A stretch of 64,000 bases of DNA from NCBI GenBank assembly GCA_963814585.1, contig CAWFDF010000003.1:256001-320000 (forward strand). Direction: 5' to 3'. Of this stretch, positions 44,047-57,603 are shown in pieces. How positions within the stretch are numbered: position 1 is the stretch's first letter; every line of letters begins with the position of its first letter. The notes beneath the pieces were generated by a model. That model saw only the letters and a program-made list of their open reading frames with translations, did no database searches and was not told the DNA's origin. This stretch comes from an uncultured delta proteobacterium. Its GTDB lineage: Bacteria > Myxococcota > Myxococcia > Myxococcales > Anaeromyxobacteraceae. A program made the translations under genes and the position numbers.

Positions 44047-45918
44047 CTACCTCAGGACGAGCGTCTCCAGCAGCGTGATGGTGACGCCCACCAGCGAGCC
44101 GCCGGCGATGATCCCGGCGCAGAGCGTCTCCCGCTCCTCGACGAAGACCCGGTGGCCCGGGGAGGCTGGCAGCCGGAAGCGCACGCCCAGGCCCCAGAAG
44201 AGCAGCGCCCCCAGCGCCATCGAGAACGCCACCGGGAACTGGATGGTGGTGGCGAGCCCGATGCCGACCGCCGAGAGCGGGAACTTGCCCCTGGTCCGGC
44301 CACTGGCCCATTCCATGGCGAGGCCGAGGGCGCCGCCGATGAGCATGGCCCAGCGCGCGCTGGGGTGGAGCGCCGAGAACCCCGTGGCCACCAGCTCGGC
44401 GATGGCCTTCCACACCTGGGCGGCCGGCATGGGGAGGCTGGCCGACCCGAGCCGGGAGACGTCCGGCCCCATGAGCAGGTAGAAGACCGGGACCACGGCC
44501 GCGGCGCCGGCCAGGATGCCGAGCAGGTGGCCGACCGCCTGCTGGCGGGGCTTCGCGCCCAGCATGTAGCCGGGCTTGATGTCCATGAGCAGGTTGCTGG
44601 CGTTGGAGACCGCCTCGGCGGTGATGCTGGCGGTGGCCACGTTGGTGGTCATGTTCCCGGGGGCGATGGCGCCGTAGGTGAGCTGGGTGAGCTTGGCCAT
44701 GGGCCCGATGGGCGTGGTGCCGGTGAGCCCGGTGGCGTTCACGGCGACCAGGGCGAAGACGAAGATCATGGGGATGGAGAGGGCCGCCATCCACCAGGCC
44801 ACGCCGAAGAACCACGAGGCCATCACCACCACCGCGGCCCCCACCAGCGGCACGCCCCAGAGCGAGGCCCGCAGCGGGAGCTCGATGTGGGCCAGCACGT
44901 CCACCTCCCGCCTGGACCCGAGCAGCTTGCGGAAGGCGCCGGCGATCACGGCCGGCTTGGAGAGGAAGGCATACAGGGAGGCGGTGGTCATCATGGCCAC
45001 GCCCCACCACAGGGACCACCGGGTGATGTTGCGGAAGCCGGGGCCGGAGATGATGCCCAGGCCCATCATCCAGGGGGCCAGGAGCACGTAGTTCAGCAGG
45101 GCGCCCAGCAGCACCGAGGCGCCGGCCCTGACGCCCATGAGACCGCCGGTGCCGATGAAGATCAGCGAGGTGTCGAGGCGGACGTCCAGGTCCTTGAGCG
45201 GGATGCCATTGAGCCGCGGGACCACCAGCCGGTAGAGCAGCGCGTCCCAGAACTCGGGGATGGCCAGGAAGGGAGCGCGCAGGACCTGCAGGACCTTCTC
45301 CGAGCGGAGCAGCTCGACCAGGCCGGCGAGCAGCGCGCCGGCCCCCAGGATCTTGGCCTTGAGGACGCCGGCCGAGCCGACGCCCTGATGGATGCTGTCC
45401 ATCACCACGCCGGCCGCGAAGCCCTCGGGGAAGGGGAGCTGCTCGTCGTTGATGAAGCGCTTCTTCAGGGGGAAGGCGAAGAGGACGCCCAGCGCCGCCA
45501 GCGCGATCATCCAGGGGACCACCTGCCACCAGGGCAGGGGCCGCCCGGTGATGAGCATGTAGGCCGGCAGCGAGGAGCAGAGCGGGGTGACCATGTAGCC
45601 GGCCGCCGTGGCGATGGACTGCATGGCGTTGTTCTCGAGGATGGTCATCTCCCGTCCCAGGCCGACGCCGTGCAGCAGCTTGAAGGCGGCGAAGGCCAGG
45701 ATCACCGAGGTGATGCCCACGCCCAGCGACCAGCCGGCCTTGATGGCGACCTGGAGGTTGGCGACGCTGAGGATGGCGCCCAGGACCACGCCGGTGAGCG
45801 CCGATCGCAGCGTGAGCTGGGGCATGTCGCCCCGGTAGACGTTCTCCAGCCACCAGCGGTCCTTCTGCTCCACCGTCCAGGTGCGGACCTGCTCCTCGCT
45901 GAGGTGCTGGATCGCCAT
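44047..45918 (-). CDS. OPT-family oligopeptide/metal-chelate transporter
   Basis: Motifs QLTLRSA, ILENNAMQSIATAAG, LPFPEG, NLLMDIKPGYMLG and LPMPAAQVW; many TM segments. Confidence 0.92.
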   Translation of the reverse strand: MAIQHLSEEQVRTWTVEQKDRWWLENVYRGDMPQLTLRSALTGVVLGAILSVANLQVAIKAGWSLGVGITSVILAFAAFKLLHGVGLGREMTILENNAMQSIATAAGYMVTPLCSSLPAYMLITGRPLPWWQVVPWMIALAALGVLFAFPLKKRFINDEQLPFPEGFAAGVVMDSIHQGVGSAGVLKAKILGAGALLAGLVELLRSEKVLQVLRAPFLAIPEFWDALLYRLVVPRLNGIPLKDLDVRLDTSLIFIGTGGLMGVRAGASVLLGALLNYVLLAPWMMGLGIISGPGFRNITRWSLWWGVAMMTTASLYAFLSKPAVIAGAFRKLLGSRREVDVLAHIELPLRASLWGVPLVGAAVVVMASWFFGVAWWMAALSIPMIFVFALVAVNATGLTGTTPIGPMAKLTQLTYGAIAPGNMTTNVATASITAEAVSNASNLLMDIKPGYMLGAKPRQQAVGHLLGILAGAAAVVPVFYLLMGPDVSRLGSASLPMPAAQVWKAIAELVATGFSALHPSARWAMLIGGALGLAMEWASGRTRGKFPLSAVGIGLATTIQFPVAFSMALGALLFWGLGVRFRLPASPGHRVFVEERETLCAGIIAGGSLVGVTITLLETLVLR

Positions 45919-45982
45919 CACCGCCCTCCGGGCCCGGGGCCGCCGGGGAGGGAGCGTGGCCGTGGACGCCCCACGCCTGCGC

Positions 45983-46363
45983 TCAGTGCCCGCGTGCGAA
46001 GACCAGGCCGGTGCGGCTGGTGAGCTTGGTGGTGCGGGCCAGCAGGTCGCGGGCCTCGGCGTAGAAGGCCTCGGCGTCGGCGGCGGCGGCCGGGCCGGCC
46101 AGCTCGCCGATCCGGAGCAGCAGGTCGCCGACCCGGAGCAGGTGCTGGTGCGCCAGCAGGAGATCGCGCCCCAGCCGCGCCCCCTGCCGGGTGAACACCA
46201 GGCCAGTCTGGTAGAGCCGCGCCAGCGCCTTGCGGTTGAGCTCGTCGACGGCGCGGGCGCGGGCCTGGAACTCGCGCAGCCGGCGCGCCTCCCGCGCCGC
46301 GCCGAGATCGACGACCGGGAAGTCGCGAACGCTCTGCGTGGTGGCGGTCCGGGCGGCGGGCAT
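45983..46363 (-). CDS. Hypothetical helical protein
   Basis: 126-aa ORF with host-like codon usage, co-oriented between alaS and the OPT gene; no motif recognised. Confidence 0.7.
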   Translation of the reverse strand: MPAARTATTQSVRDFPVVDLGAAREARRLREFQARARAVDELNRKALARLYQTGLVFTRQGARLGRDLLLAHQHLLRVGDLLLRIGELAGPAAAADAEAFYAEARDLLARTTKLTSRTGLVFARGH

Positions 46364-46451
46364 CGACGCGCGGAAATGTAGGCACCGCCCGCGGCGGCGG
46401 TCAACGGCCTCCTGGCGCCGCGCCGCCGCTCCAGCGGACGGCGCGCGGCGG

Positions 46452-49130
<2,679 letters not shown>

Positions 49131-49264
49131 GGTGTCTTCTTGGCCTTGCGGCAGGGGCTCCGGGGACCCGTTGGAATAACAGAGTCCGGGGGGCGGGCGC
49201 CACCGGCGTCGGTGTGCGGCCGGGGGCGGCCCGGGCCGGCGACGCCGGCTGGTCCCCCGCTCGC

Positions 49265-50113
49265 TCATCCAGAGATGAGCGCGATCGCCCCCAGCGCCGC
49301 GGCGAGGCCCAGCGCCTGCGTCCCGCCCAGCCGCTCGCGGAGCAGGATCGCGGCCAGCAGCACCGTGCTGGCCGGGTACATCGAGGAGAGCACCGCCGCC
49401 ACGTCGAGCCGCCCGGCCTGCGCCGCCAGGACGAAGAGGGCGTTGCCGCCCGCGTCCAGCGCGCCGGAGAGCAGGATGAGCGGCACGGCCGCGGCCGCGG
49501 GCCGCCAGGCCCGCCCCCGGGCCAGCGCCGAGGCCAGGTAGAGCAGGAGCGCCGTGCCGCGGGCCGCGGCCAGCGGACCGAAGGTGCCTCCCCGGGCGCC
49601 GAGGTGCGTGAAGACCAGGAAGCCGCCGAAGCCCACCCCTGCGAGGAGCGCCAGCCCGAGCCCGGCGCGGTCGCCAGCGTCACGGCCGGCGTCGCCGGGG
49701 CGTGCCACCAGCCAGATCCCGAGGAGGCCCAGCCCGAACCCGGCCAGCCGGAGCGGCGGCGGCAGCCCCTCGGAGACCGCACTCCAGGCCACCGGGATGG
49801 CCGCCGAGAGCACCGCCGAGACCGGCGCGACCACGGCCATGCGCCCCACCGCGAGGCCGCGGTAGAGCGCCCCCAGCCCCACCGCCCCCGAGGCGCCGGC
49901 GGCCACCGCCCAGGCCAGCGACGCCGCCGGCGGCCACCCCTCGCCCGCCAGGAGGGCGGTCGCGGCGATCAGCGTGGTCCCGGCCGCCTGGCCCAGCACG
50001 AGCACGCCGAGGAGCGGGGAACGCTTCGCCGCCAGCCCGCCGCTGAAGTCCCCGGCACCCCACGACGCCGCGGAGGCCAGGCCGAGGAGCGCGGCGGCGA
50101 GTTCGGAGGACAC
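49265..50113 (-). CDS. EamA/DMT family transporter
   Basis: Motifs WGAGDFSGG, LYRGLAVGRMAVVAPV and AVLSSMYPASTVLLA..LRERL. Confidence 0.88.
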   Translation of the reverse strand: MSSELAAALLGLASAASWGAGDFSGGLAAKRSPLLGVLVLGQAAGTTLIAATALLAGEGWPPAASLAWAVAAGASGAVGLGALYRGLAVGRMAVVAPVSAVLSAAIPVAWSAVSEGLPPPLRLAGFGLGLLGIWLVARPGDAGRDAGDRAGLGLALLAGVGFGGFLVFTHLGARGGTFGPLAAARGTALLLYLASALARGRAWRPAAAAVPLILLSGALDAGGNALFVLAAQAGRLDVAAVLSSMYPASTVLLAAILLRERLGGTQALGLAAALGAIALISG

Positions 50114-50121
50114 GGCGCGTC

Positions 50122-50751
50122 CTACCCCCCCGACCGCCGCATCCGCAGCCGCCAGACCCGCTGGCCGGTCTGGAGGTAACGCTTCTCGCGCGTCGAGGGG
50201 ATCTCGTCGGGCGGCGCCTCGCAGAAGGACCCCGGCCCGGCCTCGTTCCCGAAGCCGACCTCCTCGAGGCGGGCCACCGCGTCGAGCGCGTAGCGCTCCA
50301 CGTCGGTGCGGAAGTCGAGCAGGCCGCCCGGCTTCAGCAGCCGCAGCAGCAGCGTCGACATCCGGTCGTCCACCAGGCGGCGCCGCACGTGGCGGCGCTT
50401 CCACCACGGGTCGGGGAAGTGGACGTGGATGGCGGACAGCGAGCCGGCCGGGAAGAGGCGCGGGGCCAGCAGCCGGCCGTCGCCCTGCAGGACCAGCACG
50501 TTGGCGAGCCCGCGCCGCGCCACCTTCTCGGCCACCATGGTGGCGAACTTCCTGCGCTGCTCGATCCCCACCAGCGCCCGGTCGGGGCGCCGCTGCCCGA
50601 AGGCGACCGCGTAGCCGCCGTGGCCGCAGCCGATCTCCAGCTCCAGCCGGTCGGCCCGCTCGCCGAAGCGCGCCCGCCAGTCGGGGAAGCGGTCGATGGC
50701 GATGGGGGCCTGGTCGGCGCCGGAGAAGATCATCCGGGCGCTCTCTACCAT
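50122..50751 (-). CDS. trmB: tRNA (guanine-N7)-methyltransferase
   Basis: Motifs LEIGCGHG, VGIE, HFPDPWWKRRH..RRLV, FRTD and STREKRY. Confidence 0.93.
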   Translation of the reverse strand: MVESARMIFSGADQAPIAIDRFPDWRARFGERADRLELEIGCGHGGYAVAFGQRRPDRALVGIEQRRKFATMVAEKVARRGLANVLVLQGDGRLLAPRLFPAGSLSAIHVHFPDPWWKRRHVRRRLVDDRMSTLLLRLLKPGGLLDFRTDVERYALDAVARLEEVGFGNEAGPGSFCEAPPDEIPSTREKRYLQTGQRVWRLRMRRSGG

Positions 50752-50765
50752 GATAGATACCGCCC

Positions 50766-52330
50766 GTGCGCCGCTCCAACCTGACCTCCGCCCTCGCCGT
50801 CCTCGCCCTCCTCTCCGGCTGCGCCCGCTGCGGGGCGCCACGCGTCCAGCCGCCGCCGGAGCGCTTCGTCCCGGCCACCAACGCCGGCGCCGTGATCATC
50901 CCGGTGGTGGCCGAGTTCTCCCGGCAGGCCGCCGCCCTGCACGGGGCGCTGGCGGCCCGGCCCGGCGGCGACGAGCTGGTGGCCATGCGGGCCGGGCTCC
51001 GGCAGCAGCTCACCTTCGACCTCCTCGACCCCGAGTCGCTCCAGGACGCCGGGCTCGACAGCCGGCGCGGCCTCGCCATCGCCGAGCTGGCCACGCGGCC
51101 GGGCGAGCCGGGCACGCCGCTGCTGGTGCTGCCGATCGGTGACGCCGGCAAGCTCGAGGCCCAGGTGACCCGGCTGGCCAGGGAGCGGCTCGGGGCCGGC
51201 GATCGCGCCGAGCAGGCCGCCGGCCGCACCACCTTCACGGTCTGGCGGCGCGCCCCCGGCGAGGCGGCGCTCCTCTCCGTCGCCCAGGCCGAGGGCTCCA
51301 TGCTGGTGGCCATCGGCCCGACGGGTCCGGACGTCCTCCGCGTGGTGCTGGCGCTCGACCCGGGCGTCTCGCTGGCCGAGAGCCCGAGCTGGAAGCGTGG
51401 CCGGGCGGCGCTGGGCGACGGCGCCCCGTTCCTCCTCTTCCTGCCGCGCGACTCCCCGGCGGTCCTCGACCTGCCGGCCACCGACGGCGTGGCGGCCGGC
51501 CTGTCGGCCACTGCGACGGGCGTGCGGCTGTCGGTGGCGATCATGCTCGGCTCGCAGGAGCCGCGGCTGCGGCCGCTGGCCGGCGCCGGCGACGGCTCGA
51601 GCCAGCCGTCGGCGCTCGACCCGTCCACGGTGGTGGCCCTGCGGCTCTCCGCCGATCCGGTGACGGCGCTCCGGCTCTCGGCCGAGCAGCGCGGCCTCCC
51701 GGTGGTGGAGCCGGTCGCCGCCATGGCGGCGCAGCTGGCCCCGCCCATCGAGGTGGGCGCCGGGCTGTCTCCGAGGGCGGACCTGGGCTCGCTGATGGGC
51801 GGGCGGGCGCTCTCCCAGCCACTCGGGCTGGCGCGCCTGGAGGCGCAGGCGGGGCTCAAGGATCCGGCCGCCTTCACCGCCGCCTGCGACCGGCTCATGG
51901 CGCTGCTGGGCGCGCCGGCCGGCCGGGGGACCTGGACCGTGGGCGGCGGCGACGCCGAGGTCGCCTGGGCGGTCCGGGGCAGGTCGGTGGCGCTCTCGGC
52001 CGGACCGTCGGGCGGCCTGCGACCGCTGCTCGAGCGGCTCCAGGCCGGCGGCCGCGGCTTCGACCCGCCCCCGGGGACGGCGGCCTCGCTGGCCGGCGGG
52101 CTGGGCGGCCTGGTGATCCACGGTGACAACCTGGTGGCGGCGCTGCGGGCCCTCCCGCCGTCGGCCTTCGGCGCCGGGCCCGACGCCGTGGTGGGCCGGT
52201 CGCTGGTGGAGAAGCTCACCTCCTCCCTGGGCCAGGGGGCGGCGGTGGCGCTCCGGGCCGACCTGCCGGCCGGGGCGCTCCGGGTGACCCTCGACCTGAA
52301 GCTCGGAACCCCGTCGATGCCCCCCGATGA
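50766..52330 (+). CDS. Putative lipoprotein; true stop probably TGA 52328-52330 after a homopolymer indel (as sequenced it reads to 52421)
   Basis: Lipobox LLSG-C after a hydrophobic signal. One more C in the run at 52320-52325 gives ...PSMPPR*, overlapping the next ATG (ATGA). Confidence 0.7.
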
Positions 52331-53001
52331 TCCGGCTCACCGCCATCACCCGCTCGTTCGTCGAGGACGGGCGGGAGCTCGAGGTGCTGCGCGGCCTCGA
52401 TCTCGCGGTCTCGCCGGGTGAGGTGGTGGCGGTGGTGGGTGCCTCCGGCGCCGGGAAGTCGACGCTGCTGGCCATCGCCGGGGCGCTCGACGCCGGGTTC
52501 GGCGGCGAGGCGGTGGTGGCCGGGCAGCGCCTGCGCGGCCTCTCGGCGGAGGCGCTGGCCAGGCTGCGAAACCGGAGCATCGGCTTCGTCTTCCAGTCCT
52601 TCAACCTGGTGCCGGCCTTCCCGGCGCTGGAGAACGTGCTGCTCCCGGGCCTGCTGCGCCATGGCGACGGGGAGCCGCTCGACGAGCTCCGGGTGCGGGC
52701 CCTCCAGGCCCTCGACCGGGTCGGCCTGGCCGCCAAGGCCCACGCCCGCCCCGCCCGGCTCTCCGGCGGCGAGCGGCAGCGGGTGGCCATCGCCCGGGCC
52801 CTGGTCACCCGGCCGGCCTTGCTGCTGGCCGACGAGCCGACCGGCAACCTCGACGTCGCCACCGGCGAGGCGATCATCCAGCTCTTCGGCGAGCTGGCCC
52901 GCGAGGGAACGGCGGTGCTGGTGGTGACGCACGAGGAGCGGGTGTCGCGAGTCGCCTCCCGGGTCCTCACGCTCCACGAGGGGAGGCTCGAGCACCCATG
53001 A
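52327..53001 (+). CDS. ABC transporter ATPase, LolD/MacB-type
   Basis: Motifs [43 protein letters not shown] and VVTH. Confidence 0.93.
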   Translation: MIRLTAITRSFVEDGRELEVLRGLDLAVSPGEVVAVVGASGAGKSTLLAIAGALDAGFGGEAVVAGQRLRGLSAEALARLRNRSIGFVFQSFNLVPAFPALENVLLPGLLRHGDGEPLDELRVRALQALDRVGLAAKAHARPARLSGGERQRVAIARALVTRPALLLADEPTGNLDVATGEAIIQLFGELAREGTAVLVVTHEERVSRVASRVLTLHEGRLEHP

Positions 53002-54284
53002 CCTGGCGCGCCTTGCTGCGGGTGGCGTGGGCCAACCTGCGGGCGGACCCGGGGGCGGCGCTGATCGACGCCCTGGCCGCGGCGGTGGGGGCCGCGGTGC
53101 TGGCGGTCTTCGTGGCGCTGGGGCTCGGCGTCGGCGAGGCCGCCAGGCGCATGTTCCCGGCCGACGCCAGGCTGGTGGAGGTGGTGCCGGCGCAGGTCTC
53201 GCTGGGCGGGCTGATCGGCGGCGGCCGGCTGGACGAGCAGGCCCTGCGCCGGCTGGCCGCGCTGCCGGGGGTGCTGGCCGCCTGGCCCCGGCAGAACCTG
53301 GTGGTCCCGGTGGCCGCCCCCGAGCCGCCGCGCGGCCTCGAGGCGGCCTGGCCGGAGGGGATGACGCTGCAGATCCCGGTGGTCGGCATCGATCCCACCA
53401 TGGTGGCGGCGGACACGCGCTCCGGCGTCGCCTTCACCGACCCGGTCGGCGACGGCCCCATCCCGGTGGTCCTGTCGCGGCGGCTGGTGGAGATCTACGA
53501 CAAGACCATCGCGCCCACCTGGGGCATCCCCGGCCTGCCGGCCGGGCTCGACCCGGTCGGCATCGAGCTGCCGCTCCGCATCGGGGTCTCCATCATCCCC
53601 GGCAAGTCGGAGCGGCGGGTCATCGAGGTGCGGGTGCGGCTGGCCGGCCTCTCCGACCGCGTGCCGCTCTACGCCATGGCGGTGCCGCTCGGGACGGTGC
53701 AGCGGCTCCACCGGCTCTACAACCGCTCCGACCCGGGCTACGGGCAGGTGACGCTGCTGGCCGACCAGCCCGCCGACGCGCCGGCCATCGCGGCGGCCGC
53801 CCGGCGCATGGGCTTCGGCGTCGACCGGACCGAGCAGGCCACGGCGGAGCGGGTGGGGACGGTGGTGGGCCTGACCACCGCCGCGCTCACCGGCCTGGCC
53901 CTGCTCATGACCGGGCTGGCGGCGCTGGCCATCGCCCGCTCGCGCGCCGCCAGCGTCACCGCCCGCTCCCGCGAGATCGCCCTGCTCCAGGCGCTCGGCG
54001 CCACGGCGCGCGACATCCGGGCCATGGTCCTGGTCGAGGCCCTGCTGCTGGGGGGCGGCGGCGGGCTGGTGGGCATGGCGGTGGGACGGGGGCTCGGCCT
54101 GCTCGGCGACCTCGCCTGGCACGACTTCCTCCCCGACTTCCCCTACCGCCCCGAGGCCATCCTGATCTTCCCGACCTGGCTGCTGGTCGCCAGCGTGGCC
54201 GTGGCCGCGGCCGCGGCCGTGATCGGCGCGCTCACGCCCGCGGCGGCGGCGGCCAGGGTCGATCCGGCCCGGGCGCTGTCCTAG
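52998..54284 (+). CDS. ABC transporter permease, FtsX/MacB/LolCE-type
   Basis: TM1, a large periplasmic loop and three TMs; [18 protein letters not shown]...VEALLLG and [14 protein letters not shown]. Confidence 0.9.
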   Translation: MTWRALLRVAWANLRADPGAALIDALAAAVGAAVLAVFVALGLGVGEAARRMFPADARLVEVVPAQVSLGGLIGGGRLDEQALRRLAALPGVLAAWPRQNLVVPVAAPEPPRGLEAAWPEGMTLQIPVVGIDPTMVAADTRSGVAFTDPVGDGPIPVVLSRRLVEIYDKTIAPTWGIPGLPAGLDPVGIELPLRIGVSIIPGKSERRVIEVRVRLAGLSDRVPLYAMAVPLGTVQRLHRLYNRSDPGYGQVTLLADQPADAPAIAAAARRMGFGVDRTEQATAERVGTVVGLTTAALTGLALLMTGLAALAIARSRAASVTARSREIALLQALGATARDIRAMVLVEALLLGGGGGLVGMAVGRGLGLLGDLAWHDFLPDFPYRPEAILIFPTWLLVASVAVAAAAAVIGALTPAAAAARVDPARALS

Positions 54285-54425
54285 CGCCCACCGGCGGGGA
54301 CCTGGTGGAATGGCTCGACATCCCTGACCCGGCCGTGATTTATTGCGTCGCCATTGCGTCGATCCCCTGGGAGCGATGACTCCCGCCGGCGCAGGCAGCG
54401 CCCCCCACAACTCGAGGATGACCCC

Positions 54426-54611
54426 ATGAAGAAGCTGCTCGCCGTCGTCGTTGCCTTCGCCTTCGTCTCGCCCGCCTTCGCCGAGGAGAAGAAGGCTGCC
54501 GCCCCGGCCGCCGCCGCCGCTCCCGCCAAGGAGGAGAAGAAGGCCGACGACAAGAAGGCCGCTGCCCCGGCCGCGAAGGCCGACGAGAAGAAGCCCGAGG
54601 CGAAGAAGTAG
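54426..54611 (+). CDS. Small exported Ala/Lys/Glu-rich low-complexity protein (61 aa)
   Basis: RBS GAGG, signal peptide MKKLLAVVVAFAFVSPAFA, then EEKKAAAPAA repeats; it has its own downstream hairpin. Confidence 0.85.
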   Translation: MKKLLAVVVAFAFVSPAFAEEKKAAAPAAAAAPAKEEKKADDKKAAAPAAKADEKKPEAKK

Positions 54612-54636
54612 CCTCGCTTCAGCTCCTGGATGCACC

Positions 54637-54667
54637 GCGGGCCGCCTCCGGGCGGCCCGCTCCATTT
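54637..54667 (+). terminator. Terminator-like hairpin
   Basis: GCGGGCCGCC-tccg-GGCGGCCCGC followed by TCCATTT, between convergent genes. Confidence 0.6.
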
Positions 54668-54738
54668 CCGGAAGGCGTCCGCCCGGCGCAGCCCGGCAGC
54701 GTGCGCCGCAGCAAGGCTCTGGCCAAGCGCGGGCGCCG

Positions 54739-56394
54739 TCAGCCGCGGGTGCTGGAGACCACCAGCGTGGCGCCGACCTGCAGCGTGTGGCGCCGCGGGT
54801 TGCCGATGCCGTTCAGCCGGCAGAGCTCCTCGAGCGGCAGGCCGGTGTTGCGCGAGATCGACCAGAGCGTGTCGCCCGGCTTGACCCGCCAGACGCCGGC
54901 GCCCGGGTCGGCGGCCACGATCGGGGCGGCGGCCACCAGCGTGGCCGCGGCCGGTGCCGATGGCCGAGGCGAGGGCCGAGCGCTGGCCGGGGCCGGCGCC
55001 GCGGCGGCCGCCTGCGCCCGGGCCTGGGTGGCGACGCGCGGGATGACCAGCTCGGTCCCGGGGCGCAGGGCTCGCGGGTTCAGCCTGGGGTTGAGCGCCA
55101 GGACCCCCTCGAGCGACACGCCGTACCGGACGGCGATGCCGGAGAGCGTCTCGCCCCGCTGCACCACGTGCCCCTCGAAGATGGCGACGCGCACCCGTGT
55201 CTTCATCTCCGGCCAGCTGGCGGCGAAGGTGGCGGCCGAGGCGGCCGGCAGCTTGAGCCGGTAGGGGCGCGGCGGCGTGATGGCCCGCCGCAGCTCCGGG
55301 TTCAGGTCGATCAGCTCGGCCTCGCCGACGCCGGCCGCCGCGGCGATCAGGGCCAGCGGCGCCGCGTCGGGGATGGTGACCTCCTCGACGTCGGGCCAGC
55401 GCTCCGCCTCGATCTCCTCCGGGCGGAAGCCGAAAGCCTCGGGGTGGCGGGCCAGGATGGCGGCCGCCATCAGCTTCGGCACGTAGCCCTTGGTCTCGGC
55501 GCGCAGGGCGCGGCGACCCTTGGCCGCCGCCATCGACCAGTAGTCCGGATAGCCGCGGGCCTGCGCCCTCTGCACGGTGCCCAGGCCGGCGTTGTAGCCG
55601 GCCCAGGCCAGCCTCCAGTCGCCGGTCTGCTGGTGGAGCTCCTTGAGGAAGCGGGCGGCGGCGCGGGCCGACTTCTCGGGATCGCGCCGCTCGTCCACCC
55701 AGAAGTCCTGCTTGAGACCGTAGAGCCTGCCGGTCGGGGCGATGAACTGCCAGGGACCGACCGCCTTGGCCCGGCTGGTGGCGTAGTTGGCGAAGCCGCT
55801 CTCGATCATGGCCAGGAAGACGGTGTCCTCGGGGACGCCCTCCTCGCGCATGATCTGCTGGTAGCGTGGGATGTAGCGGTGGCCGCGGCCCAGGTACTTC
55901 AGGTAGTGGGGTCGCATCAGCGGCAGCTGGAAGAACCGGACGTAGCTGACCACCGCCTCGTTGACGTCGATGGGGATGTCGTACTCGGCGCGGAGCTTCT
56001 CCAGCCCGTGGTCGAGCTCGGGCAGGAGCGCGATCCGATCGGCCGACTCGGCCAGCGGCGGCGTCACCTCGCGGGTGAGCGCCCCCTCGAGCCGGTCTCG
56101 CAGCGGCGAGCCGAGCCCCAGCCCCTCGGCCGCCTCGGCGGCCCGCGACTCCAGGCTGGGGACCTCCTGCACGCGCGCGGCGCTCTCGGCGGCGCGGACC
56201 TCCTCGAGCTCGGCCGAGGCCGCGTCGATCTCCCGGCCCTGGGGACCGGTCTCGGGCGGATCGCCGGTCGGCTCGCCGCTCCCCGGCGCCGGGATCCCGG
56301 CCTCCGGCGCGCCGGCGACCACGCCGGCCGCCGGCCCGGGAAGGGCCTCGCCGGGAGCCAGCAGCGCCAGGGCGATGAGGAGCGGGATGCGCAC
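54739..56394 (-). CDS. mltD: Lytic transglycosylase with LysM domains (MltD-like)
   Basis: Motifs LAMIESGF, AVGPWQF, DERRDP, AGYNAG and ETKGYVPK. LysM repeats HVVQRGETLSGIA and VKPGDTLWSIS. Confidence 0.9.
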   Translation of the reverse strand: MRIPLLIALALLAPGEALPGPAAGVVAGAPEAGIPAPGSGEPTGDPPETGPQGREIDAASAELEEVRAAESAARVQEVPSLESRAAEAAEGLGLGSPLRDRLEGALTREVTPPLAESADRIALLPELDHGLEKLRAEYDIPIDVNEAVVSYVRFFQLPLMRPHYLKYLGRGHRYIPRYQQIMREEGVPEDTVFLAMIESGFANYATSRAKAVGPWQFIAPTGRLYGLKQDFWVDERRDPEKSARAAARFLKELHQQTGDWRLAWAGYNAGLGTVQRAQARGYPDYWSMAAAKGRRALRAETKGYVPKLMAAAILARHPEAFGFRPEEIEAERWPDVEEVTIPDAAPLALIAAAAGVGEAELIDLNPELRRAITPPRPYRLKLPAASAATFAASWPEMKTRVRVAIFEGHVVQRGETLSGIAVRYGVSLEGVLALNPRLNPRALRPGTELVIPRVATQARAQAAAAAPAPASARPSPRPSAPAAATLVAAAPIVAADPGAGVWRVKPGDTLWSISRNTGLPLEELCRLNGIGNPRRHTLQVGATLVVSSTRG

Positions 56395-56544
56395 TGGCCC
56401 AGGTTGTACAGGATGGACCGGCCGAGGGAAAGAATGCCGCGGGGACGGGGCCCGGCGCCCCCGGAGCCGGGCCCGCGGGGCGGCGAAGCCAGGCTCCCTC
56501 GCGGCGGCCGGTGGCCCGTGCTAGGTACCCGCCCGGCCCACCCC

Positions 56545-57603
56545 ATGCGCATCGGTCCTCACCACTTCTCCGGCCGCTTCTTCCTCGCGCCCCTCGCCGG
56601 CGTGTCGGATCGCCCGTTCCGCACCATCTGCCGCGAGATGGGGGCGTCGTTCGCCTACACCGAGATGGTGAGTGCCCACGGCCTGCTCCACGGGACGGCG
56701 CAGACGCTCAGCTACCTCGACCGCGATCCGGCCGAGGTGCCGTTCGCCGTCCAGATCTTCGCCTCCGAGCCCGAGGTGCTGGCGCGCGGCGCCGAGGCGG
56801 CGGTGCGGGCCGGGGCCGGGATGGTCGACATCAACATGGCCTGCCCGGTCCGGAAGGTGTGCGGCTCCGGCGCGGGGGCGGCGCTGGCGCGGGATCCCTC
56901 CGCGGTGGGCGGGGCGGTGGCGGCGGTGGTGGCCGCCGTGCCGGGCATCCCGGTCACCATCAAGATCCGGGCCGGCTGGGAGGAAGGGGCCGTCAACTGC
57001 GTCGAGGTGGCTCGGGCCGCCGAGGGGGCCGGCGCCGCGGCGGTGGCGCTCCACGGCCGGACCCGCTCGCAGGGCTACTCGGGGAGGGCCCGGTGGGACC
57101 TGATCGGGGCCGTCAAGGCGGCGGTGGGGATCCCGGTGCTGGGCTCCGGCGACGTCTGGACCGCCGCCGACGCCCTGCGGATGCGGGCCGAGACCGGCTG
57201 CGACGCGGTGCTGGTGGCGCGCGGCGCCTGCGGCAACCCGTGGATCTTCCGCGAGCTCAGGGCCGCGGAGCGGGGCGAGTCGATCCCGGCCCCGCCGACG
57301 CGCGAGGAGTGGGTGGAGGTGGTGATGCGCCACGTCTCGCTCCAGATCGAGCACCGCCTGCGGCAGCGTCCCCACCAGCCGCTCCCGGCGGTGGAGGAGC
57401 ACGCCGTGCGCGAGCTGCGCCGCCACCTGCTCTGGTACTCGCGCGGCCGGCGTGGCGGGGTGGCCTTCCGGCGCGGCGGCACGCTGGTCAGGACCGCCGC
57501 CGAGGTGCGGGCGCTCATCGACGTGCAGTTCCCGCCGGACGCCGCGTGGGAACTCGACGCCGGGGGGGGCCGGGCGCAGGATGTCGGCGGCGAGGACGAA
57601 TGA
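56545..57603 (+). CDS. dusB: tRNA-dihydrouridine synthase
   Basis: Motifs LAPLAGVSD, YTEMVS, VDINMACPV, TIKIRAG, LHGRT and ARGACGNPWIF. Confidence 0.92.
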   Translation: MRIGPHHFSGRFFLAPLAGVSDRPFRTICREMGASFAYTEMVSAHGLLHGTAQTLSYLDRDPAEVPFAVQIFASEPEVLARGAEAAVRAGAGMVDINMACPVRKVCGSGAGAALARDPSAVGGAVAAVVAAVPGIPVTIKIRAGWEEGAVNCVEVARAAEGAGAAAVALHGRTRSQGYSGRARWDLIGAVKAAVGIPVLGSGDVWTAADALRMRAETGCDAVLVARGACGNPWIFRELRAAERGESIPAPPTREEWVEVVMRHVSLQIEHRLRQRPHQPLPAVEEHAVRELRRHLLWYSRGRRGGVAFRRGGTLVRTAAEVRALIDVQFPPDAAWELDAGGGRAQDVGGEDE

